Shown here: positions 50,001-58,134 of the stretch, in pieces
Layout: every line of letters begins with the position of its first letter
Position numbering within the stretch: position 1 is the first letter of the stretch
Assembly: GCF_006345805.1 (NCBI RefSeq)
Contig: NC_043021.1
Coordinates: 9,796,001 to 9,860,000 of the forward strand
Direction of reading: 5' to 3'
From: Octopus sinensis
Taxonomy: Eukaryota
DNA length: 64,000 bases
Position numbers and translations under genes: made by a program
Notes under the pieces: model-generated
Databases searched by the model: none
The model's input: only the letters and a program-made list of their open reading frames with translations
What the model was told of the DNA's origin: nothing

Positions 50001-53000
50001 GCTAAAGTAGATACTGGAGCATGATACAGTCCTTGGATTCACTGGATTCTGTCAAACCATCTAATCCATTACGGAGATGTACTTGCATAGCAAGTGACCT
50101 GATCTGAGATCGTGTGCTGGAACGAAAACAATTCCAGCACAGAATTTTGTCAGTGAACAGGTCGCAGTCTCAAAGCAACGAAAATATTTTGGCAAATTAA
50201 ATTTAAATGTTGAAGTGAATCTAACGGTTTTTGTGTATTTTTTAAATGGCTTATAAACACCTTCCATGCTGCAATTGTCATCTGATCCATATTAGCATGG
50301 AACGTGGACGTTAAATGATGATGATGAAGGCAAAATATGTAATGATATATATTTAACTTACCAATGATACTAAATGGCAGATTATTGGTTGTTAAACCAT
50401 TTTTGGCTATCTTTGGAACATAGGAAGGGTCTCTGATCGCATAAAATGCAATTTGATCACTAAGCTCACGGTTATGTCGACCTTCTTCTTTTAATTCAGT
50501 ACGCTTGCTTCTGTAAAAGTAGAATTAAATTACATTTGAGAAAAAAAGAGAAAAAACAAAAAGAAAATGTGAGTTAATGAAGAAATTTTCTTTAATAAAT
50601 TTTAATTAAGAGCTTTACAGTTTCAAAATAGAAACACTACCATTATGAACCAAGAAGGTTAACAACAACAACAAAAAATTTCAACTGAGAAAACCTAGAA
50701 AGGTTTTGTTGCTCTTTATCAGTTTAACATTCTTTGATGAATGCTTTTGAAACCAACCTGCTTGCAACCATCCTTGGTTCTATGATATAAATTCCTGCTT
50801 GACTAATTTTACTAAATTTTTTACTATTTTCAAAATTACTTGAAACAAAATCTGTGTATTTAAGCAGAAAGATTAATCCCTAACCCGGCAAAGATGAGTT
50901 GTCTTCACCTAATTTGTCTTTTTCAGAGTGCGATGAGTAAACCTGTCCAAAACATATAATTTCAAAAACAGCCACAGACAATTTTATATGTCAATCAGCG
51001 GTTTTACTCTTTTACTTGTTTCAGTCATTTGACTGCGGCCATGCTGGAGCACTGCCTTTAATCGAGCCCGGGACTTATTCTTTTTGTAAGCCCAGTACTT
51101 ATTCTATCGGTCACTTTTGCCGAACTGCTAAGTAACGGAGACATAAACACACCAGCATTGGTTGTCAAGCAATGCTAGGGGGACAAACACACATACGCAT
51201 ATATATATATACATATATACGACGGGCTTCTTTTCAGTTTCCGTCTACCAAATCCACTCACAAGGCTTTGGTCAGCCCGAGGCTATAGTAGAAGACACTT
51301 GCCCAAGGTTCCACGCAGTGGGACTGAACCCAGAACCATGTGGTTGGTAAGCAAGCTACTTACCACACAGCCACCCCTGCTTCTATTTATTTTATTTTAT
51401 TTTTTCTAACAAATTATGCCCAGATGTTGAGCTGAGAAGATGACAGTGAGTATGAACCTTCTATTAGAAGCTTGGATACATCAGATGAGAGTGCAAGCTC
51501 GTCTGATAATGGCTATTCTCTCTTAAGTGAGGAGGATAGATGAATTTGGTGCTGGAAGAATGCATGCTTCTTCCACCACCATGCTTCCCATTCACTGGAA
51601 ATATTGGAATATCAATTAATCAAGGCACAGCTGGTATGATTTCTTTGGATTTTTTTAGTATTTTTGGTGACAAGAAAATTATTGATCAAGTTGTGCACGA
51701 AACTATTTTATTTACATTTACTTTTGGTTATGAAAATTGAAAACAAAATAAATAAATATATATATAAAAAATGAGTTTTGAGAAGGCATGCTAAAAAAAG
51801 AGTAAAATAAATGTGTAATTCCCCATTACTTTTGATGATAAAGTTGGATAATAAAAAGCAATCAGTAAAAAATATTTTTAAAATACGGGAAGACGAGTTA
51901 TCTTGTTTTTGCCAAAAAATGGCATCTTCAAAATAAAATTTCAAATAAAATATTGGAAATAGATAAAAACAAAAGTTATTTCCATAATCAGCACTAAAAA
52001 TACTATAAAAAAAAGCAATAAAAAAATTCGTCTGAAATTGAAATGTTTTCTACAAAAAAAGTCACTGGAGAAGGGGTTAAACGTGCAGTTGTCTGAACAA
52101 ACATATTTGTCTGGTCAAACACATGGTGATCTAAGTATATTCGTCTCACACACTTGTCTAATGAAATACATCTGTCTGATTAAACACATCAATCTAACAC
52201 ACGTCTGACTAAACAGACTTGTCTCTCTTGACTTTAGCACTGTTACAGCTAAGTATTTCATGAAATTATAAACAGTTATTTTACACAGAGAACTGTTTAG
52301 TGTTCTTCCAAAATACAAGAAGTACAAATTTTAGTAAAAACACAATACAGCTACGATAAAATAGAGAGGCAAATGTCTCTAACGAGCCTACAATCTTGTA
52401 TAATCATTCTGATTAGATGTGTGTGTGCATGCATAAGTTCAAGTCATTATAACATGACATTACATTTCAACAGACAAATTGTCATTATGATTAAGTTGAA
52501 AGTTTTAATTTCACTAATCATCTAATACTTGATTATTTTAAAAGTTAAAACACAAAATGATTGATCTAGTGTTTTATTATGTTATATAATAAACATTAAA
52601 CATATAAGCTGATGCTTTCTGAAACCTATTTCATTGTGAATATTTTTTTAATGCAAATGATTGACAGAGAAATCAAAATTTCCCTGAAGTCCTTTTGCCT
52701 TAAGTAAAATCAAATGCTTTTTTTCAGATCTATAAATAATAATAAAAGGTAAATTTTCTTTTTTTTTTTAATTTTAAAATATGTTCAAACCTATAGTCTT
52801 GTTCCAGTTCTGTATTTCGGACTGAGTGAATCGCTTGAATCTGCCAAGGCCCACAATAATTTTGGTCGAGGTAGGACCGAGTAACGTTTGCAAGTATTTC
52901 TTTTGCATCTCGGCTCTTTGGGTCAATTTCAAGCAAATTGTCTGAAACATAAAAATAGACCAACTTGTACCTGGCTGTATGTGAATATGTGTAAGTGTAT

Positions 53001-55481
53001 GCATGTAAGTGTATACATATATACACACTCACATCTGGGTGTTCAAACAAGAGAAAAAAATACTTGATATACATAACAGACTTTCTTCCTTCAAACAAAT
53101 AAATCATATACATAAAACAAAACAAGTATAAATACAAAGATGCAAACAAGAATAAAAGCTTAAAGATTTTTTTTTTGAGAACTTTATGTTCATTCAATAA
53201 TAAATCTCTGAGCAAGTTATAAACAGCAGCTGCAACACATTGTGAAGTACTTTTGCCACTTAAATGTGGCTAACCCCTAAGGGTGGATGCAAGCTACAGT
53301 AACATCCACCCTTAGGGGTTAGCCAGATTTAAGTGGCAAAAATACTTCACTATGTTCATTCAGTTCTCGATCTATTAAGCCACATTGCCTTTAGCATTCA
53401 GAGCACACTGAATTTACAAATTTTGACTCCAGGGATACCAACTGAGACCATTCTTCCATGTAACAGATTAAGCTGGCATCACAACTGTGGCAAGCAACTG
53501 GTGCTCATGGAAGATTTTGTACAAATTACCAGAGTAATTCTTTTCATGCTGATTCACCTGAGACCAGTTCTGGTTCTACAATGCAAATCCTCACTTTTCT
53601 AAATCAGTCGTATTTAAATTTTAATCTTCTAACATGTAAGAATCTTTTGTTTAACAATGCTCTGGGGTCAATATAATCAACTTACTCTCTCCCCGAAATT
53701 GCTGGCTTTGTGCCAAAATATGAAAACAATACATGTGCCAAACATTTGTTTAATCCTTTCAATACTGTATTTATTTTGAGGTGCTCAGTGTTTCTTTCAT
53801 TTAATTTTTAAAATATAACAAAGAATTTAGTAAAATAACTTAGTTATCATTAAGCTAGTGTTAGGAACATAAATTGTGACTAAGGTTTGGTGGAAGATTT
53901 TAATTCAAAACTTATGAAAACAAGACATTTGTACTCAGAGCCAAAGCCGGCTTCAGCCGGGTTCGTAACGAAAGGGTTAATAATAGTTATTTTACTACCT
54001 TCTTTATTATTTCTGAAAATCAACTGAAAAAGGTGTTTTTTGAGAAAAATATAGCAACAAAAGAGTTAATGATGAGCAAGCCAATTATTAAAAAAAATGT
54101 TTTAATGAATCAGATACAGCAACAAATCAATGCTTTGTGAGGTGAGTGACTCATTTAAAGCTGTTACAAAATCACATGATCAAGTATTTCATGCTTCTTA
54201 CACATTACTTTATGTTTGCTGTCTAAGCACAAAGAGACAGAATCCCTTTGTTGGCAACAACTCTTTAAATTGTTACTATATTGTTTAATTTAGCTACTAT
54301 ACTGCTACTACAACTGACTCTAATACTAATTAGTCAGTTAGGTAACCTAGCTACTGACTATGCGATCAAAACTACTGTTTCCAGTACTGATTAAGTAACC
54401 CAGGTAACAGAACAAAGAATTATGGAGCCAAAGAGAGTCTAGGTGGTAGCTTGACCTACTAGAGATAGCAATGAAATTTGTTTCATACCAGAGCTGAGCT
54501 TATATGAAAATGCAAACAAGGATGGACATTTTGGACAAAATAGTCAAGTTGAACTATATCTGAAAAGATAGTATGGCTACAACTAGATCATAAGTCTTCT
54601 CCAATCAAGGATTAAACAATAACACAAAAATCATTCATTCATTTTATGACTGGTTTTCCATTTGAGCATGGGGTAGAGAGGAAGTTATTTGGAGCAGAAT
54701 TTTACAGCTGGATGCTCTTCCTGTTGCCAACCCTTACCTGTTTTACAGATAAGAGATTATTTTTTGTATTCACAAGCAAATTAGTCATGTCAACAACAAG
54801 GATTGTAAACAGGCATGGCTGTGTGATAAGAAGCTTGCTTCTCAACCACAGGGTTCTAGGTTCAGTCCCACTGCATGGCACCTTGGGCAAGTGTGTTCTA
54901 CTACAGCCTTTGGCCAATCAAAGCTTTGAGAGTGGATTTGGTACATGGAAACTGAATGAAGCCTATCATGTCTGTGTATGTGTCCTTGTGCCTGTGTTTC
55001 TCCCTATCACTGCTTGACAACTGGTGTTGGTGTGTTTATGTCCCCATTATTTAGCAGTTCGGAAAAAGAGACCAATAGAGTAAGTACTGGGCTTTAAAAA
55101 AGTTGATTAAGAAATCCTTCAAGGTGATGCCCCAGCATGGCCACAATCTAATGACTGAAACAAGTAAAAGATCATATTACTGTTTTGCTTAGGCAATGAC
55201 AAACCATAAGATGTGAATATTGATGCATACACACAAACAAACATATAATGGGCTTCCATGCAGTTTCCACACAAATTCACTGATAGATTATTAGTTAAAT
55301 TAAGATGCCACACATTGGGGCTGAACCGTAAACCACATGATTGCAAACCAAACCTCTTAACCACACAGCCATGCCTTTGCCTTTAATCATAATAATGACT
55401 GCTGCCAAATTGTGTCAGAATATACCAAAACATTAAACTAGTTTTCAGATTCTAAACTCAGCAACTGTAGTTGCAATATTA

Positions 55482-55518
<37 letters not shown>

Positions 55519-56812
55519 GAAAAGAATGCAACAGATTAAAAATTTCAGATTTTATCTTGTAAACTAACATATTTTGCCAACTTTAATCAGAACAAATTAT
55601 TTATAAATATATGCATAACATTTTAAAGAATTTTTGAAATTAAACACACACAGTAACTAGAATTCCATAAAATGAATACATAAAATAAAGGTAGAATATT
55701 GGCTTCAAATTTTGGCCCAGGGCCAGCTTTTTCAGGGAAGGGATTAGACAGCTATTTCGGGAGGGATGGGGGAGCTATCCAGTTATTTTGGGGGAGGGGC
55801 TATCCAGCTATTTCGAGGGAGAGACTAGCCAGCTATTTTGAGGGAGGGGTTAAGTTGATCACATCAACCCCAGTGATCAACAGGTACTTATTTCTTCAAC
55901 CTTGAAAGGATGAAAGGCAAAGTCAACCTTGGTTGAATTTGAACACAGAATGTAAAGATTTTTAAGCATTTTGCCCAGTGTGCTAAAAATTCTGTCAGCT
56001 TACTGCCTCGTAAAAGTAGGATATTAATAATATAAATAAATGCTATTTGCATATGTGTGTATTTATCAATCTCACTGTATTTACTAGACTGTCAGGTATT
56101 GTTATACACTGTTAGTCACAATGCATATCCTTTCATTGTCACAGATTTCAAATGATGCCACTTTGCTGGCCAATGTTCCCACTGAATGGAATGCTAGTCC
56201 ATTACGGCATTACCCATTTATGCCAGAGTAAACTAGAGCAATGTGAAATTATATGTTTTACTCAAAAACACAATGCACCACTGGTCTGGGGATTGGAACC
56301 ACAATCTTGCAATCAATATGTGCAACACCCTAACCACTATGCCATCTGCCTTCAAACACACACACACACAGCTGTGTGATAATGAAGTTCACTTCATAAC
56401 AATGTGGTTTCGAGTTTTATCCCATGCATGGCACTTTGAGCAAATACCTTCAACTATAGTCTTCAAAAGAGCAATGCCTTGTAGGGAAATTGGTAAATGG
56501 AAACTGTACAGAAGCCTATTGAATGTGTGTGTGTGTGTGTATGCATATGTGTGAACGTTTATTTCCATGTGTCTTTGCAATTTATTGTTTGGGCAACAGC
56601 AATGTTATATCAACACATGTAAACAATATACCATTGGGCAGTTTTGGCATGTGAGGCTCATATTGAGACGGAGGTGGGGAGCATGTAAAAACGAAATTAA
56701 GAATGAAACAAGGCACACAAAAATAATTAAACAAAATCTTTGTATGTTTACCTTTTGTAGCTTGACGTTTTAACTTTGGTATGTTAAAATTAAAGGTCTG
56801 TGAGGTTTCCAT
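27156..56812 (-). CDS. Large (~3496 aa) DUF3715/pseudo-PARP protein of the TASOR/TEX15 family; coding exons 56812-56752, 52941-52791, 50510-50362, 48982-48879, 48046-47909, 45933-44395, 42616-42398, 40752-39988, 38307-31117, 29475-29397, 27250-27156
   Basis: The exons join in frame (10491 nt including stop) with GT-AG sites. The N-terminal ~230 aa reads FNIPKLKR..SRDAKEILANVTRSYLD..NTELEQDYRSKRTELKEEGRHNRELSDQIAFY..KIAKNGL..IIGDHNSGVYLSKHAD..FNVLTGKCK..EPTPNYDCHV..SQIYLYEYDDEGMPAPRPRHCLPYAVITY. This matches my recall of DUF3715 in TASOR (xYFYE..RPRHxCPYAVV) and TEX15 (VYFYEY..KPRQCLPYAIV). The rest is mostly low-complexity S/P/K/D/E-rich sequence. Confidence 0.88.
29041..29243 (-). mobile_element. 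mariner transposase C-terminal fragment plus right TIR
   Basis: FASDNDIIGAVGSFLEFQTKEFLYAGIMVLQHCWRKSSAIKGDYVEK* matches the mariner C-terminal GDYVEK motif; end reads TATGAGGG (~TACGAGGG). Confidence 0.8.
29397..29475 (-). CDS. DUF3715 gene penultimate exon (ENKDCNALPPPPLVPNSQLSMGMTSS)
   Basis: ttttcaag acceptor; GTTTGT donor; phase 0 to 1, which bridges the flanking exons. Confidence 0.7.
29677..29854. mobile_element. Second copy of the self-inverted retroposon, 13-bp TSD
   Basis: Arms 29677-29720 / 29751-29794; TAACGTTTATAAT at 29664-29676 and 29855-29867. Confidence 0.78.
30698..30985. repeat. Mosaic (CA/TA)n microsatellite
   Basis: Low-complexity CA/TA mosaic; many other (TA)n tracts, e.g. 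16847-16908, 27925-27963, 43978-44017. Confidence 0.95.
31117..38307 (-). CDS. DUF3715 gene giant exon, 7191 nt / 2397 aa
   Basis: Uninterrupted frame; poly-T + tag acceptor at 38309-38308; donor CTT|GTAAGC at 31116. Confidence 0.9.
39345..39490 (+). repeat. Degenerate telomere-like (TTAGGG/TTTAGGG) tract
   Basis: Multiple GGTTAGGG / GTTTAGGG variants. Confidence 0.75.
39493..39820 (+). repeat. 31-bp minisatellite, ~10.6 copies (AGACCGTATGCTAAAGTGTCAATAGCCAGGT)
   Basis: Strict 31-nt period, near-identical units, no spacers. Confidence 0.95.
39988..40752 (-). CDS. DUF3715 gene exon (ETALQSE...DCIKQ), 255 aa, basic NLS-like RRRRKRQK
   Basis: ttttgtag acceptor; GTGAGT donor; phase 0. Confidence 0.9.
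40896..41298 (+). mobile_element. Non-autonomous Helitron/Helentron-like element
   Basis: 5' AACTAGCAGTATCGCCCGGCGTTGCTCGGG (short hairpin); internal ~90-bp duplication; 3' ...ACACACAACTTGACTTTTATATATAAAGAT. Confidence 0.55.
41643..42053 (-). mobile_element. SINE family A copy
   Basis: Reverse complement of family A. Confidence 0.88.
42398..42616 (-). CDS. DUF3715 gene exon (KHSLNKMSIEDLKK...DQTE)
   Basis: gtag acceptor; GTAAGT donor; phase 0. Confidence 0.85.
44395..45933 (-). CDS. DUF3715 gene exon (IYLYEY...ESTK), 513 aa
   Basis: Open frame inside ORF 44389..46083; ttcag acceptor; GTATGA donor. Confidence 0.9.
46037..46439 (-). mobile_element. SINE family A copy
   Basis: Reverse complement of family A. 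Confidence 0.88.
47909..48046 (-). CDS. DUF3715 gene exon (VLTGKCK...EPTPNYDCHV...RSQ)
   Basis: ttttag acceptor; GTTTGT donor; phase 0. Confidence 0.9.
48451..48686 (+). mobile_element. SINE family B with 10-bp TSD
   Basis: ACAAAATAAG at 48441-48450 and 48687-48696; many decayed copies elsewhere (e.g. 19745-19955, 20800-21180, 62330-63165). Confidence 0.88.
48879..48982 (-). CDS. DUF3715 gene exon (GDHNSGVYLSKHAD...FVFN)
   Basis: aacag acceptor; GTAAGT donor; phase 1 to 0. Confidence 0.9.
50070..50278 (+). mobile_element. Penelope-like pLTR-type repeat carrying a hammerhead-like motif, inserted into SINE C
   Basis: TSD-like CATCTAATCCAT (50058-50069) / CATCTGATCCAT (50279-50290); second copy at 10298-10529. 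Confidence 0.72.
50146..50196 (+). ncRNA. Minimal type-I hammerhead ribozyme-like motif with G3/C8 core variant
   Basis: Helix I TTTGTCA/TGGCAAA; core GTGAACA + 1-nt insert; helix II GTCGC-loop-GC(A/G)AC; GAAA; palindromic AATATT helix III; UH = TT. Confidence 0.6.
50362..50510 (-). CDS. DUF3715 gene exon (SKRTELKEEGR...PFSII)
   Basis: tttacag acceptor; GTAAGT donor; phase 2 to 1. Confidence 0.9.
50877..52076 (+). mobile_element. piggyBac-derived relic (transposase N-terminal remnant), interrupted by SINE A
   Basis: Acidic stretch then PPCFPFTGNIG..SLDFFSIFGDKKIIDQVVHET (PGBD-like FTG..DFF..FF..IV.ETN); right end AAGGGG|TTAA at 52071-52080; weak left end TTAA|TCCC at 50873. Confidence 0.55.
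51003..51380 (-). mobile_element. SINE family A copy inside a piggyBac relic
   Basis: Reverse complement of family A. Confidence 0.88.
52791..52941 (-). CDS. DUF3715 gene exon (DNLLEIDPKSRDAKEIL...LEQDY)
   Basis: ttcag acceptor; GTTTGA donor; phase 1 to 2. Confidence 0.88.
53234..53356. repeat. ~53-bp-arm palindrome with 13-nt loop (MITE-like)
   Basis: Arms 53237-53289 and 53303-53356 pair with 3 mismatches. Confidence 0.9.
53754..53976. mobile_element. piggyBac-type MITE, same family as 17788-18079
   Basis: TTAA at 53750-53753 and 53977-53980; TIR ~CCCTTTCRTTAC. Confidence 0.8.
54810..55171 (+). mobile_element. SINE family A, diverged copy
   Basis: Same head/core/tail order with many substitutions; another at ~63496-63747. 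Confidence 0.75.
56752..56812 (-). CDS. DUF3715 gene, first coding exon (METSQTFNFNIPKLKRQATK)
   Basis: Acceptor AG at 56827-56826, 13-nt UTR, ATG at 56812; donor GTAAAC phase 1; the FxIP(K/R) motif typically precedes DUF3715. Confidence 0.75.
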
Positions 56813-57584
56813 TTTACAAAATTATCTACAAAATAAAAAAAAAGCATGTTAAGAACATTTCAGAACACTAAGATGTTTGGCAATTTGCTGTACTCAAAAT
56901 CATCACAGTAAAAAAAAAAAGGCCCTAAAAACACTTTGTTTCTGCTGGGCCCTACACCTGCACTCATTCTACCCTTTCAAGCATCTCCCATTTCCCCTAA
57001 CACCCATCCCATCTTAGCATGTATCACCCTCCCCCCATTCTTTGTGAACCTATTCCATCCCTCATTCTCATTTCACCCCCAGACTATTTTCAAGGCTCAT
57101 CTTTCTATGTCTCTAGCTATTTCTCCTTCTCTACTATACTTCCCCCTAACACAGCTCATATCTGCTATTCTTCTCAATGTCCTCTTGTATCTACCACCAC
57201 ACCCTACTCACTATAGCCACCCTTAACTACTACTCCTACACCATGCTCATCACCCTCTGCTTCCTTATCATCCCAGGTCCACTTCTATCAATCTCATCTT
57301 ACCCTCTCTCTTCACCCCACCACCACCTTACTGATATTTCCCATTAAGCCACAACTCTACTTCTGTTAGGCACTCACTATGTTCACCTCTACCCCCATCT
57401 TTAACCATTTGTCACTCACCCCTTGCAATCTTATAACTACCCCTCCCTTCCCTATCCACAGTCCATAACCTCCCTTATGCTCACCTCCTTGTTACTGGAG
57501 GGTTTGCTCTGGCACCCCCAATGCTGCCAACTTATCTTCTTTCCACCTACCTTTAGACACTTGTGCTTTTCCTTCAATCACACT

Positions 57585-58134
57585 TTAGCCTTTTAACATT
57601 CAAATTACTCCATCAAATTACTCCATTTATTCACATTGTTTTCAATTAATTATGTATTATCTCATAGCTTTGAGATTTCAATAATGTGAATGCATATATT
57701 TAGAATGGAGGCGCAATGGCCCAGTGGTTAGGGCAGCGAACTCGCAGTCGGAGAATCGTGGTTTCGATTCCCAGACCGGGCATTATGTGTGTTTATTGAG
57801 CGAAAACACCTAAAAGCTCCATGAGGCTCCAGCATGGGGTGGTGGTGACCCCTGTTGTACTCTTTTGCCACAACCTTCTCTCACTCTCTCTTCCTGTTTC
57901 TTGAGTAACGCTGCGATGGACTGGTGTCCCATCCAGCTGGGGGGGGGGGGACATACACCACAGAAACCAGGAAACTGGTCCCATGACTAGGCTTGAAAAG
58001 GGCGAAAAAAAAAAGAAGATATATTTAGAATGACATTACAGGGTGGGTGTGAGAGGCCAGATCTGACTAGTTTGAACATGAAACAAGTAGAATATTTTGG
58101 CTGGATATGGCCCGTTTAAATGCTAATAGGTTAA
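57585..58134. mobile_element. Second TTAA-type MITE family, interrupted by SINE D; inverted sister copy at ~58192-58390; another at ~18102-18320
   Basis: Shared internal TTATTCACATTGTTTT..GCTTTGAGATTTC..GTTTGAACA; ends ...GGTTAA. Confidence 0.65.
57708..58018 (+). mobile_element. SINE family D with A-rich tail and 14-bp TSD, nested in a TTAA-type MITE
   Basis: ATATATTTAGAATG at 57694-57707 and 58019-58032. Confidence 0.9.

Noticed and set aside
56930-57570. C-rich ORFs (56936-57226, 57019-57216)
   Set aside because: Low-complexity pyrimidine-rich repeat-like DNA; no coding signature
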